DNA of 64,000 bases from a virus. Where the stretch lies: the IMG/VR virus record IMGVR_UViG_3300042507_003741, positions 1 through 64,000 of that record. One strand, 5' to 3'. How positions within the stretch are numbered: the first letter of the stretch is position 1; each line of letters opens with the position of its first letter. This document shows positions 46,430-56,598 of this stretch, one piece after another. The notes beneath the pieces were generated by a model. That model ran no database searches. It was given only the letters and a program-made list of their open reading frames with translations, and had not been told where the DNA came from. A program made the translations under genes and the position numbers.

Positions 46430-47314
46430 CTACACCCCCGTGTCTGCGCCCGAAGGCGAGTAGTACCCAAGTGAACGCGGGCCGCTCACAACGATGCCGT
46501 CTGGGCGAGTACCACTGAGCGGCGCCACCACGTCCGCCTCAAAGGCCATCCGCAGGTCGCGGGCGTAGACGGTCAGCGATCCCTCGACGTTCTTGCCCAT
46601 CATCTTGGCGACCCACACCTCTGCACCGGACAGCACTGCCGTGAACATGGTGTCGCTCACGTCGAGGTAGTCCGACACGACTGTCTTGGCGTTGGCGGGC
46701 GGTGTGCCCACCAGACTTCCTGCGACCCCGATGATTTCTTCGGCCGTGAACGGGTTGATCCCCGCTGGCCCCTCCGGAAAGGCGGTGGCCGTGCCGTAAC
46801 GCTTCACCAGCCCCGTCGTGGACAGCGATCCATTCCGGCTCGCTGCCTCGTAGCCCATGTACCGCAGTGGGGCAGGCTTCCGCCGGTAGGTGTAGGTCAG
46901 CGTTTGCGTGATGTCCGGGTCGCCGACGACCTTCAAGGCCCAGCGGTCGTAGAGCGTCGGATGCTTGACGACGGTCCACAGAATGGGCGAGTTGAGTTCC
47001 GGCAGCACGACGTTGAGTCGCGTCCACTCCATCGGCGTGACGTACTTCACAGACGACGGACTCGTCACGGGCGGGATGATGGAATCCACGTTCCGCACAT
47101 TCGCCGGCAGCGTGTAGGTGAAGCCGGGACCGCCGCCGGCGTCGGGCGTGGTCAGGGTGGCTGTCGTGACGTGCCAGTTCCAGTCGCGGGCGTGCGTCAC
47201 GTCGCGGTGGGCGTGGTGTGCAGCGGCCCGCAGCAGGCGATGCTCGCTGTCCTGAGCCCCGCCGCCAACGGAGTTCATCAGGTACTCTAGAATGTCCTGC
47301 CCGCAGTAGTACAT
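46430..47314 (-). CDS. Head-tail adaptor/tail tubular A-like protein
   Basis: DWNW, YTLPAN, YTYRRKP; position after portal. Confidence 0.6.
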   Translation of the reverse strand: MYYCGQDILEYLMNSVGGGAQDSEHRLLRAAAHHAHRDVTHARDWNWHVTTATLTTPDAGGGPGFTYTLPANVRNVDSIIPPVTSPSSVKYVTPMEWTRLNVVLPELNSPILWTVVKHPTLYDRWALKVVGDPDITQTLTYTYRRKPAPLRYMGYEAASRNGSLSTTGLVKRYGTATAFPEGPAGINPFTAEEIIGVAGSLVGTPPANAKTVVSDYLDVSDTMFTAVLSGAEVWVAKMMGKNVEGSLTVYARDLRMAFEADVVAPLSGTRPDGIVVSGPRSLGYYSPSGADTGV

Positions 47315-47339
47315 CGACGCCCCCTGCGTGACCGGATAA

Positions 47340-47669
47340 TCAGCCCTTCACGCTCACGCGGAACGTCGCCGTGCCCGCGTTCGTCACCGCCACGATGAAC
47401 GGAGCGGCGAACAGGGCATCTGGCAGCGTGTAGGCGTTGTTGGCCGCAATGGTCGTGGTCACGCCCGAGCCGTCCGCATTGAGCGGCACGGGCGTGAGTT
47501 CCGGGCCGAAGGCGACATGCCACGTAAGCGTCGTGGCACTGGACACGGCGTCCACGATGAGCACGCCGCCGGCTGCGGCAGCGAACGGAATCTTGGGGCT
47601 GGTGCTGGTGCTGTTCGTGGCGACGAACGTGCCCGTCACGGAGTTGAGTCGCTCGATCTTGTTCGGCAT
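47340..47669 (-). CDS. Small beta-rich virion protein
   Basis: Thr/Ala-rich; TAATG coupling. Confidence 0.6.
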   Translation of the reverse strand: MPNKIERLNSVTGTFVATNSTSTSPKIPFAAAAGGVLIVDAVSSATTLTWHVAFGPELTPVPLNADGSGVTTTIAANNAYTLPDALFAAPFIVAVTNAGTATFRVSVKG

Positions 47670-48250
47670 TACTTCTTCTTCCTTTTCCAGTGGGGCACGA
47701 TGCGGTCCTTCACCTTCTCGATGGCCTCGCCACGCTTGAGTTTCGGGTTGTTCTTCATCTCTTCCCGGACATGCTCACGCAGGATGCGGGGGTTGATGTC
47801 CACTTCCTTCGGCGGCCCCTTCTCCGGCGGCACGTAGTCCACGATGCCGTGAACCTCCAGGTCGCGCTTCTTGGCGACCCGCAGAATGTCGGCGGTCGAG
47901 TCCACCCACGCCTCCGGGTCGCGGTGGCCCCGCTTGTCCGCGATGCCGCCCATGTAGAACTTGCCGGTGGTGTTGATCCCGGCGGCGCGGGCTTGCCCAA
48001 TCAGCCAGTCCGCCTGCTTGCGGGGAATGTTGTTGAGCCACTCGCCACCCAGCCGACCCTGCATGAAAGCCCGGTCGCTGCCTCGCGTGCCAGGAGGCTG
48101 ACGCAGGGCGCACATGGCCGCAAACCGCTCCGTCTGCCCGTCCGCAATGAGGCGGGCGTAGTGCGTGCGGACCTCCGCACTGGAGGCGGCAATCTCTGGC
48201 GGGAGTTGAATGGCAGTTTTCATGGCACCTATAGGTTCTTGTCCTGTCAC
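47669..48250 (-). CDS. Hypothetical protein
   Basis: Downstream of portal; start may be MKTAIQL. Confidence 0.6.
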   Translation of the reverse strand: MTGQEPIGAMKTAIQLPPEIAASSAEVRTHYARLIADGQTERFAAMCALRQPPGTRGSDRAFMQGRLGGEWLNNIPRKQADWLIGQARAAGINTTGKFYMGGIADKRGHRDPEAWVDSTADILRVAKKRDLEVHGIVDYVPPEKGPPKEVDINPRILREHVREEMKNNPKLKRGEAIEKVKDRIVPHWKRKKK

Positions 48251-50289
48251 GGCTGCATCTCGGGCGGCACCTGCGGGGGCGGACCTTCTGGCATCGGTGG
48301 CGGCTGATCGGGTGCGGCACCCTCTGGGCCAGCAGGCGGACCTGGAGGCATTCCAGGAGGGCCGGGAGGAGGAGGCGGTGGCGGCGGAGGCGGAAGCAGG
48401 TACGGCTTGGCGTCGATGTCCAGGCTGTCGGCCCAGTCAGAAATCAAGGCGTTCAGCGGATCCACCATCCCCATCGGAACCAGCCCTTGCAGGATCGGGC
48501 CAAGCGTCTGGAGTGCCGCCTGCATCTGCTCGACGCGGGTGGCCTTGTTGGGCTTGCGGGCTGACCCCGCCTCTACCCGGTACTCAAACTCACGGGCCAC
48601 CGTCGCCGGGTCCATGCTGGCGATGTGCTGGCCCCATGCGGCAGCCCCCAGCGGACCGACGATGGACTCCACGTCCTGCGGCCGGAGCAGCCACCGGGCT
48701 GCCAGCGCCTCGCGGCGGGCCAGAAGGCTCATGGAGTCCTCCAGTCGATTCGCCATGTCGTCCGGACGAACAGACAGTTGCTCCGCCTTCACGTTGGCCT
48801 CTGTGGCACTCCGTATCTGGCTCGACGACATAGCGTACGCGAGTTCGGTGAGGCCAACGCGCTTGTCGAACTGCTGGGCAACAGCGTCCACGATACGCCA
48901 CAACTCCGGCGACACCTCCGGCAACTGGAACACCGAGATGAGGTCGTTGACGCTCCGTCCAAGCGTCTCGCTGATCTCCACGACCTTGAAGCCCTTTTCG
49001 GACTGCGACAGGATTTGATCCTTGATGTCCTGGTCCGCAGCCTTGCTCACGCCAAGCAGCGTCTCGCAACTAGTGGCGACACGCTGGGCGATGAACGACA
49101 TCGCGAAGTTCAAGAACCGCAGTTCGCCGATGCCCGGCTTGATGTGGCTGATCGGCCACACGTAGCCCGGTTTGCGGTGGAAGTCGAGGGCCACGAACGG
49201 CCAGCCATTGGCCTCCGCCCAGAACGGGATCGGCCACTGCACGGCACGGAACAGTCCCGGAGGCATGCCGGTCGCCTCATCGACCTGCTCCTCTAATGCC
49301 GCTGGCGGCATGTTGAGCGGGTGCGGGATGCCCTCGCAGACGACGATGTAGCAGTTGTCGCCTACGGAATCGAACGTGCCGACCAGTTCCTTCGGCATGT
49401 CCTTGAGCCGGTCGCCCAGTCCCGTCTTGCTCCAAATCTTCCAGTAGGTGACCAGTTCGTTGGACTTGCCAGCCTTGCGTCCCTTGTAGGTCTGGTCGTC
49501 CTCCGTGAAGATTTGGTTGTCACCTTCGCCGTCAATCGGCTTGGCGCCGTCCAGGTGGCCCTTGAGTTGGTCGCGATCCAGCCCGTACTGGCGCGCCACC
49601 ACGTCGATTGGGTGCGTGCATCTCCGGGCGCACCATGTGATGTCCTCGATCTCGGTGGCGTCCGGATCGAGAGTGAAGTTGTCCACGCTGTCGGCAAACG
49701 ACCCGATGATGCCGATGTCTGAGCCTGGAATCGTAACCATCTCGGTCCACCACACGCCCATGCCCTTGATGATCGCCTCATCCACGACGCGACGGCTGTG
49801 CGTCTTGAGGTCGAGTTCGTTGGGCGTGTAGTTCAGATACCGCTCCATCAGCAATGCGGCGACCTTGCGGACTTCCGAGCGCTGCATCGTCTCCTGCGCC
49901 GCCTGCTGGTAGGCCATCATGGACTGCTCGTCCGCAACGCCCACGAGTTCCGGAGACACGAACGGGTACTTGGCCGGCGTCACCGTCCGCACCGGGTTGC
50001 GGTGGTAGATGACGCTGCCAAACAACTTCACGGCCTCAAACACGCGATTGACCTGCATGCGAAACGCAGGCGGGGCGATGGTCCGGTTGTAGCCGTACTC
50101 GTGGCGGGCGTAGGTGTCCTTCCAGAACCAGTTGTGCGGCCCGTCGAAGAACGACATGGCCTCCCGGCCGTCCTCCGTGAAAGGACGCTTGTGCTTGAGA
50201 GACAGTTCGATCTTCTTGAGCCACCCATTCGCTAGAGAGCGAAGGGCGTCCTCACCCGTTCTTGGTTCCACCGTTTTGCTTCCTTGCAA
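48247..50289 (-). CDS. Portal protein
   Basis: 680 aa after terminase; RSATEA motif; Pro-rich tail typical of podovirus-type portals. Confidence 0.75.
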   Translation of the reverse strand: MQGSKTVEPRTGEDALRSLANGWLKKIELSLKHKRPFTEDGREAMSFFDGPHNWFWKDTYARHEYGYNRTIAPPAFRMQVNRVFEAVKLFGSVIYHRNPVRTVTPAKYPFVSPELVGVADEQSMMAYQQAAQETMQRSEVRKVAALLMERYLNYTPNELDLKTHSRRVVDEAIIKGMGVWWTEMVTIPGSDIGIIGSFADSVDNFTLDPDATEIEDITWCARRCTHPIDVVARQYGLDRDQLKGHLDGAKPIDGEGDNQIFTEDDQTYKGRKAGKSNELVTYWKIWSKTGLGDRLKDMPKELVGTFDSVGDNCYIVVCEGIPHPLNMPPAALEEQVDEATGMPPGLFRAVQWPIPFWAEANGWPFVALDFHRKPGYVWPISHIKPGIGELRFLNFAMSFIAQRVATSCETLLGVSKAADQDIKDQILSQSEKGFKVVEISETLGRSVNDLISVFQLPEVSPELWRIVDAVAQQFDKRVGLTELAYAMSSSQIRSATEANVKAEQLSVRPDDMANRLEDSMSLLARREALAARWLLRPQDVESIVGPLGAAAWGQHIASMDPATVAREFEYRVEAGSARKPNKATRVEQMQAALQTLGPILQGLVPMGMVDPLNALISDWADSLDIDAKPYLLPPPPPPPPPPGPPGMPPGPPAGPEGAAPDQPPPMPEGPPPQVPPEMQP

Positions 50290-50611
50290 GGGCCACCTGT
50301 TCCGTCAGGCTGGCGATCTGAGCCACGAGGCCGTCCATCTTTCGCATCTGCGCAGACTGCGGCGTGAAGTCCCAGCAGCCCCACTGCCGCCACTCGGAGT
50401 GTTCCTGCAAGCCGGGATCGTCCTTGTGCCGCACGGACGGACGCTCCAGGAAACCTGTGTTCGGAGAGAAGGTGAGGACACTGACCGTCATGACGCCCGG
50501 CCGCTCCACGATCCACCCGAGCGTCGGCTCGTTGCAGTTGAGCGGGTCGTGATACCAGTAGACGCTGTCGCCAACGCGGACCGTCGGAGGACTAAAGGAC
50601 TCGACTTCCAT
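50252..50611 (-). CDS. Hypothetical protein
   Basis: Between terminase and portal. Confidence 0.65.
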   Translation of the reverse strand: MEVESFSPPTVRVGDSVYWYHDPLNCNEPTLGWIVERPGVMTVSVLTFSPNTGFLERPSVRHKDDPGLQEHSEWRQWGCWDFTPQSAQMRKMDGLVAQIASLTEQVALARKQNGGTKNG

Positions 50612-52316
50612 ACTTTGCTCCTGACTGTGGGCCTAAGAAGATGAACTCGTCGGAATCGGCTGCGAGACGCTTCTTGCGTTTCCGCATCCAATCGACGTAC
50701 CAAGGATCGGGGCCGACATCGACTTTAGGCTTGTGCCAGCGAGGTCGATAGGCACAGAGGTACTCCAAACACTGGCAGGCATGGACTTCCCCCCGCGTGT
50801 TCGGCTGGTCCGTTACCACGTAGGCTCCGCCCACCAACTGGGTCTTGTGCTTGTACCGCCTGAGTTCCCGCTCCAGGTCGGGGACGGCATTTCGCAGCAC
50901 CCGCAGCATGGGCCTGCCGTCAGGGCGGATGTGCAGGTAGTTCCGGACAGCCGACATGCGGGCCTGCACGTCGTCGCACCCCGCCAGGAAACTGTGCCCC
51001 GTCGTCTCGCTGGACACACCCTGCGACTTGAGTTGCTCGGTGTACAGTTCCACCGGCAGGCGTCCTGAGCCGATCTCGCGAAGCCGGCCGCCGTGCATGT
51101 CGATGATGAAGGCGTAGAAGTTCTGGCCCTTGCACTTCTCCTGCATCTTCTCGCCAAACACGATGGCGTTGCAGTTGCGAATGTAGAGTTGGTCGTAGAT
51201 CAGCAGCATCGACTCGTCAGGCGGCACGGCGGCGAATAGCACCGACGTGACGGCGTGACCAGGGTCGATGGCGGCGTACCGGCACCAATCGTTCGGCACG
51301 GTCAGGTTCTCCAGTTCCGTCCGGTCGTAGCCGTGAACGTGCATGGCGAACGTCGGGTAGCAGAGGATCGAGTCGCTGATGAACTCGCCCTCGCTGCGCA
51401 TCCGCAGCACGTCGTCTCCCAATGCCGCCCAGCCTTCGATGCGCTTCCGCTTCTCGTCGTCCGGGATGTGCGGGTTGTCCAGGAATCGGAGTTGGAACTT
51501 GACGATGGTCGGGTTCTCGACGCCCTCCTCCGCCAACTTGTCGGCCCGCTCGGCGAGCGACTGGAGCGAGTCGTTCCGGCTGTGCGGCATGGCCGACCAC
51601 GCAAATACGCCGCGACGATCCGAGAGGCGGGCCTGCATCTCCGGAACCCACGCATCGCCGTTGTTCACGTCTTCGTCGATGTGGACGCGGTTCGCCTGCC
51701 AGCCCTGCGGCGGCTCTCCTTCCGACGAGAAGAAGTAGAGTTGCCAGCCGTTGGTCAGCGTGCAGGACTGGATGTAGCGAGCGGACTTCAGAATCCACGA
51801 CTTCTTCGCCACCATGCGAGGCGGAATCAGCGGCGGGGCAGGCTTGGCCTCACGCTCACGGGCAGAGTCGGTCGCCGGGTTGAAGGCCCGCCACTCGCCG
51901 GTCTTCTCGTCCTTGATGATCTTGAACGCCCCAGCCATGAACAGCATGGGGTAGACCACAAGGCCGATGTGCTTCCAGTCCTTACCAACGATGGCGAGGA
52001 TGCCGTCCTTCTCGGGGTACTTCCCGTGCGGGTCTTTCCCGCAGACGGCACGGGCGTCCTCCACGAACGTGCAGAGCGACTTGCCGGAGCGGTTGCCGCC
52101 CAGCACGAGCATCTCACTCGACCGGGACTGGTGGACTTCCTCCTGCTTGGGCGTCGGCTGGTAGAGCCGCAATGCCTCGATCCGGCGGCTCGCCAACTCC
52201 GCCTGCATCTCCTTGAGTTCGCTCTGCTGGAACGACCCCAATCGCTTGACGGACGGCAGCGGCGAAATCTGAGGGGGTTTGCGGCGTGACTTCGACATTG
52301 AGGAAACCTCCACCAA
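50592..52316 (-). CDS. terL: Terminase large subunit
   Basis: GGNRSGKS Walker A, VHIDE Walker B, DNPHI, AIDPG nuclease. Confidence 0.9.
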   Translation of the reverse strand: MVEVSSMSKSRRKPPQISPLPSVKRLGSFQQSELKEMQAELASRRIEALRLYQPTPKQEEVHQSRSSEMLVLGGNRSGKSLCTFVEDARAVCGKDPHGKYPEKDGILAIVGKDWKHIGLVVYPMLFMAGAFKIIKDEKTGEWRAFNPATDSAREREAKPAPPLIPPRMVAKKSWILKSARYIQSCTLTNGWQLYFFSSEGEPPQGWQANRVHIDEDVNNGDAWVPEMQARLSDRRGVFAWSAMPHSRNDSLQSLAERADKLAEEGVENPTIVKFQLRFLDNPHIPDDEKRKRIEGWAALGDDVLRMRSEGEFISDSILCYPTFAMHVHGYDRTELENLTVPNDWCRYAAIDPGHAVTSVLFAAVPPDESMLLIYDQLYIRNCNAIVFGEKMQEKCKGQNFYAFIIDMHGGRLREIGSGRLPVELYTEQLKSQGVSSETTGHSFLAGCDDVQARMSAVRNYLHIRPDGRPMLRVLRNAVPDLERELRRYKHKTQLVGGAYVVTDQPNTRGEVHACQCLEYLCAYRPRWHKPKVDVGPDPWYVDWMRKRKKRLAADSDEFIFLGPQSGAKYGSRVL

Positions 52317-52791
52317 TACTCATGGCAATGCGGCTGAGACGCTGATCCAACTCGGACTCCAACTCCTCGTCAGACCACTGGGTCAGCGGCTTCTTCGCCC
52401 CGCCCAGTTCGGTGTTCTTCGTGACAAGGCGGACGATGCCCTCCAGCAACTTGGTGCGGTGCGAGCCGCCGGGAGGGGCGTCGAAATACTGCTTGACCAT
52501 CATGGCGGCAAACCCGTTGGACCCGCCGAAATACTCCATCAGCCGCTCCAGGAGTTCGCTGGAGTGCGGGATGTTCTCCCCTCCCCTGCCAGCCGCCTTC
52601 GCGAAAGCGTCGAGGGCACCCTCCTCGATTGCGGCCATGTCCCGCTTCTTCTGCTTCAACTTCTTGCCGCGATTCACCTTCGCACGGCACATGACGCAGC
52701 GGGGATCCCACGACCCATCCTTCTTGACGCGGAAGTGGTTTCTGGAAAGTGGAAAGGACTGGCCGCAGTCGGTGCAGGTCTTGTCGCTCAT
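52114..52791 (-). CDS. Zn-finger-containing protein, possible terminase small subunit
   Basis: CTDC..CVMC; WSDEELE; directly upstream of terL. Confidence 0.45.
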   Translation of the reverse strand: MSDKTCTDCGQSFPLSRNHFRVKKDGSWDPRCVMCRAKVNRGKKLKQKKRDMAAIEEGALDAFAKAAGRGGENIPHSSELLERLMEYFGGSNGFAAMMVKQYFDAPPGGSHRTKLLEGIVRLVTKNTELGGAKKPLTQWSDEELESELDQRLSRIAMSIGGGFLNVEVTPQTPSDFAAAVRQAIGVVPAERTQGDAGGVGEPPDRGIAALPADAQAGGSPPVPVE

Positions 52792-53198
52792 GATGCGGAC
52801 GCTCCTCCCCAGTAGGGCTTGCAGTTACCGCACGCGCAGCGTCCCTCCAGGTACAGGGCGGCATATCGCAGAAGTTGCGGGCTGTCCCGAAAGTGCCCCA
52901 GACCCAAGTTGCATCGGCTGCACAACGCGCCGCGAACACGCCCCGTTGCATGATCGTGGTCGATGGCAAGTTGCATCTTCTGCGTTTCGCCGCAGATGAC
53001 GCACTGCCGCACTGCCCTTGCTTCCATTGCACGCGCAATATCTAGGACGCCCTCCGGAACCCTAGTGGCTTTGCGGTACGCAGACCGGCACTCGCGACAC
53101 CACGAGTCCAGCCCGTTCTTTTTGCGCGAATTGGGAGGGAAGTTGGTGAGGTCGCCGGTTTTTGGGACTCTGCATTTCGTGCAAGTCAGCAATCCCAT
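52788..53198 (-). CDS. Endonuclease VII-like (His-Me finger) nuclease
   Basis: CVICG..IDHDHATGRVRGALCSRCNLGLGHFRD. Confidence 0.88.
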   Translation of the reverse strand: MGLLTCTKCRVPKTGDLTNFPPNSRKKNGLDSWCRECRSAYRKATRVPEGVLDIARAMEARAVRQCVICGETQKMQLAIDHDHATGRVRGALCSRCNLGLGHFRDSPQLLRYAALYLEGRCACGNCKPYWGGASAS

Positions 53199-53473
53199 GC
53201 TCGCCTCGCTTTAATTAGACGACTGTCAGGGTCTTTTGCTGCCTCCGGAAACATCTTGGCCTGACCTGCGCTGCGGGCACAGAAAGACTTGCGTCTCGCT
53301 TGATCCGCCGCGTCTGGATCGCCTGCCTTGACTGGCGGCTTGAGGTTGGCGTCGTTCTCGCGGTTGTAGGCAGCACGCCCAGCGGCATTCAGACCGCCCT
53401 CTGGGCTTTGCCCTTCCTTGCGAGTCCACGCTGCCGACTTCAGTTTCCGCACCCGGTCGCCATGCTCATCCAT
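53186..53473 (-). CDS. DUF6321-like small basic phage protein
   Basis: AWTRKEG..GGLN..GRA..RRKSFCAR..DPDSR..ARRAWDC. Confidence 0.7.
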   Translation of the reverse strand: MDEHGDRVRKLKSAAWTRKEGQSPEGGLNAAGRAAYNRENDANLKPPVKAGDPDAADQARRKSFCARSAGQAKMFPEAAKDPDSRLIKARRAWDC

Positions 53474-53476
53474 GCG

Positions 53477-53659
53477 TCACCTGTCCGCCTGCGGGACCGA
53501 CGAGATCATCGGGGCCATGCCGTCCTTCGGGGCCGGAACGCGACCGGCACCCACCTCCCGCTTGGCCTTGAAGTCCTCCAACTCCGGGAAGTCCAGCAGC
53601 CCCGCCGTGTGCAACTGGGCCATGATCGCCTGCCGGTCAGGCTGATCGAACTGGCTCAT
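53477..53659 (-). CDS. Small hypothetical protein
   Basis: MSQFDQPDRQ... C-terminal part of track ORF 53477-53755. Confidence 0.45.
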   Translation of the reverse strand: MSQFDQPDRQAIMAQLHTAGLLDFPELEDFKAKREVGAGRVPAPKDGMAPMISSVPQADR

Positions 53660-53709
53660 CGGACTAGGTTCATTGGGAAGCGACACTGTCGATACTCCCT
53701 GTACAAAGG

Positions 53710-53753
53710 GCAGGGGCCGCAGGTGGGCGTCCTTCCCCTCCTGCGGCCCCTGC
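53710..53753 (-). terminator. GC-rich hairpin, probable terminator/stabiliser after capsid genes
   Basis: GCAGGGGCCGCAGG...CCTGCGGCCCCTGC 14-bp stem; weak U-tract. Confidence 0.55.
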
Positions 53754-53779
53754 AACGTCGCGACGTGAGATGCACCGAA

Positions 53780-54316
53780 TCAGAAGCCAGCGGCCGTGCG
53801 GACCAGAATCCGCCCGGAGGTCGTGGCGCTCGTCGCGATGGCGAAGCCCAGAAGCGGGTTCGTGGACTGGGCCGCCGCCGAGCCGGCCGTCGCCGACAGA
53901 CCGTACGAGGCACCGGCCGCCACGCTGGTCGCCGTCTTGGTGACCGTCGAGGGACCGCGCACCACCAGCCAGAACACCTCGTTGTTGGGCACGCCGGCCG
54001 CCGGGAGGTACTCGTCCACGACGCCCATGAGGGCAGTCGAGGTCGTCGCCAGACCGTCCACTTCGGACAGGATGGCAGCGTCCTTGAACTTGGCGACCGC
54101 ACCCGGCACGAGGGCCGAACCGCTCGTGTTCTTCACGGCGATGCACTCGACCGTCCGGTTGCTCTTGAGAGCGCCGGTCTTCGGGTCTTCATCGCGGAAC
54201 ACCTTGCGGACGCCCACGACGTTGGAGCCGTCGCCGTTCTCGGCCTCGTACAGCGTCACGGTGACGCCAAGCGTCTGGCCGCGAGCAAATCCGGGATCAG
54301 CAGTCAGCGTACTCAT
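53780..54316 (-). CDS. Capsid decoration/cement-like protein
   Basis: Ala/Thr/Gly-rich; FWLVVRGP; directly after capsid gene. Confidence 0.6.
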   Translation of the reverse strand: MSTLTADPGFARGQTLGVTVTLYEAENGDGSNVVGVRKVFRDEDPKTGALKSNRTVECIAVKNTSGSALVPGAVAKFKDAAILSEVDGLATTSTALMGVVDEYLPAAGVPNNEVFWLVVRGPSTVTKTATSVAAGASYGLSATAGSAAAQSTNPLLGFAIATSATTSGRILVRTAAGF

Positions 54317-54352
54317 CTGCGAGGAATCTCCTTCTCTGGTTGCTGGCAGGGG

Positions 54353-55471
54353 TCAGGCGAGGGCCGCGAACTTCACAAAGTTGCGGGGCGACTTCATCTT
54401 GATGTTGGCGAGAACCGACACGGCGTAGCGGTACGCGGAAAGTTCCTCGTTGTAGAACGGTCCCTCCGCTTCCAGCAGGTTGCCGGTCATCACCTTCATC
54501 TCCATGTTGCCGATGGAGAGGGCATAGCCCACGCCCGGCGGCACGGCGTAGTCCGACGCGGTTTCGATGCCGTCGATTTCGACCACATCGCCGAAGCCGT
54601 AGGACTTCAGACCGTTGGTCTTCGACACGATGGCCCGCTCGCGGCTGTCCAGCCGGTTGAGGAACTGGATGTACATCGACCGATCCAGGAGGATCATGTC
54701 GATCTGGTTCTCGCGAGTGTCGTTCCGCTTTGCGTGGTTGACCGACTCGCGGATCGCCTCGATGCACTGATCCTTCCAGGTCGCCGTCGCACCGCCGAAG
54801 GCCGTGCTGGTGTAGTTGCAGACCAGGGGCGACCAGAAGTCGTACTCCGGATCGGCCGGAACGCGGGGCCACGAGCCGGTCGCCAACTGCGATCCAGCGT
54901 ACTGACCCAGGCCCGTCTTCAGACCGGCGTACTCGTCGTTCGGGAAGCCGAAGGGGTCGGCGGGATCCGCCGTCCGCTGGGCACCGGTGGCGACGTTGAC
55001 CGTCCCGTTCACGGCGAACATGGACTCAAGCCCATGCCACCGATTCTCGTTGCCGCTGGCGTACCCGTCGATGAACACCTCCTTGGCGAGATGCTCCTGC
55101 ATCGACTCCGTGAGCCGGTTCGTCATCTTCCCGGCCACGTCGATGAGTTGGGCCTGACCGCGATTCTCCAGCATCTCCCGCTTGGTGATCTGATCGGTGA
55201 CCGAATAGCCCCGATACGGGAGGTTGGCTCGCTGCCAGAGCGCGTGGCGTGCGAAGACTCGCGGCGACTCGCCCGTGTACGTGGACACGGGGATGTTGCG
55301 ATAGCGCACCTGCCAGTCAAAGCCACGACCTCCCTGATTCATGGCGACGTTGCCGTTCGCCTGGAGGGCCGCGAAGACCTTGAACTTGCGGAAGGTCGTC
55401 TGCTCCTCTTCCTTCAGATGGAGGGTCAGAGTAGTTCCGATAGAACGAGCCCAGTCAACGCTTGACGCCAT
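54353..55471 (-). CDS. Major capsid protein
   Basis: 372 aa between scaffold and decoration genes; ENRGQAQLID, DG......GL, GF..V..DG patterns. Confidence 0.78.
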   Translation of the reverse strand: MASSVDWARSIGTTLTLHLKEEEQTTFRKFKVFAALQANGNVAMNQGGRGFDWQVRYRNIPVSTYTGESPRVFARHALWQRANLPYRGYSVTDQITKREMLENRGQAQLIDVAGKMTNRLTESMQEHLAKEVFIDGYASGNENRWHGLESMFAVNGTVNVATGAQRTADPADPFGFPNDEYAGLKTGLGQYAGSQLATGSWPRVPADPEYDFWSPLVCNYTSTAFGGATATWKDQCIEAIRESVNHAKRNDTRENQIDMILLDRSMYIQFLNRLDSRERAIVSKTNGLKSYGFGDVVEIDGIETASDYAVPPGVGYALSIGNMEMKVMTGNLLEAEGPFYNEELSAYRYAVSVLANIKMKSPRNFVKFAALA

Positions 55472-55485
55472 GTCGCGTTACCCTT

Positions 55486-56586
55486 TCAGTTGTGGCCGTC
55501 TCGTGCCAGTTGGCGAGCGAGACGCTGCTCAAAGGTCAGAGGTGCTTGCGGTGTTCTCGGGTCGCTTGACCCCGCAGCCCTACTCGGATTGCGAGACGCT
55601 TCCCTTCTAAGAAAATCTATGTCCTTCTCGGCCTGAGTTGCGGCATTGGCCGCTGGCGCCGGCGCAGCAGCGGCGGGCATCGCAGGTGCGTTTTGCTGCG
55701 GTAAAGCAGACTCAAACGCACTTCGCTGCGTGCTCTGCGACTGCATGCCACGCAGTCGATCAAGCAAATCACGCTCGATCATTTTCGTGGCATATTCCCA
55801 CCTCGCCTCTGCACTCTGGATGCCCATGCGAGAGGCTTCTTCGATGTACGTCTGCGCCGCCAAACCTTCGGCGGTGGGCGTCTTCCCGTCCGCCTCGTAC
55901 AGCCAGTCGGCGTTCTCCTTCTCCAGCCCGGAAACGTACTGGTGCTGCTGCACCTCCTGGAACTGGCTCTCCACGATCTGCTGGGCCTGACGCTGGGCGA
56001 TCTCCTGGATCATCGGCCCCAGCGCCTCCTCCGGATTGGTGAGGAACTTCTGGGCGAAGTCGGCCTTGTACTTCTGGTACTCGTACAGGGCGTGCTTGGC
56101 GTCAAGCGGGGCGTCACCGGAAATGACCTCACGCCCGTTCTCGTCTTTCACGAGGTACTGCTTGTACGACTCGCGGACTTCCGGCGGGCTCCACCACTTC
56201 TTCACCGCCTCTGCGGCAGTGGTCTTCTGGAGAGGCTGCTGGGCGGCGGGTTGCTCTCGCTGGGAGGAGAGCCATCGCTCAAAGGGCTCTCGGTTCTGGA
56301 GGTACTGCTGGGCGTATGGGATGTACTGCTGGTACTGCTGGAGGGCTTGAGTTGCGGCTTTCTCCCGCTCCATAGAGGCATAGAGGCGGCGAGCAATCGC
56401 CAAGTCGTCCTGCCCCTGGAACTCATCGAGATTCTTGAAGGCGTCCCAGACCGACTGCTGTGGAGCCGGTGCAGCAGCCGCCGCAGGTGCAGTTTCCGGC
56501 GTCGAGGGGGCACTGGAGGTGCTTTCAGTCGAGGTGTCTGGCGTGGAGTCTACGGATTCGTCAATGACTGCTGATTCGTCGGACAT
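55486..56586 (-). CDS. Capsid scaffolding protein
   Basis: Acidic low-complexity N-terminus, Gln-rich helices, upstream of capsid. Confidence 0.65.
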   Translation of the reverse strand: MSDESAVIDESVDSTPDTSTESTSSAPSTPETAPAAAAAPAPQQSVWDAFKNLDEFQGQDDLAIARRLYASMEREKAATQALQQYQQYIPYAQQYLQNREPFERWLSSQREQPAAQQPLQKTTAAEAVKKWWSPPEVRESYKQYLVKDENGREVISGDAPLDAKHALYEYQKYKADFAQKFLTNPEEALGPMIQEIAQRQAQQIVESQFQEVQQHQYVSGLEKENADWLYEADGKTPTAEGLAAQTYIEEASRMGIQSAEARWEYATKMIERDLLDRLRGMQSQSTQRSAFESALPQQNAPAMPAAAAPAPAANAATQAEKDIDFLRREASRNPSRAAGSSDPRTPQAPLTFEQRLARQLARDGHN

Positions 56587-56598
56587 GATTGCCTTTCT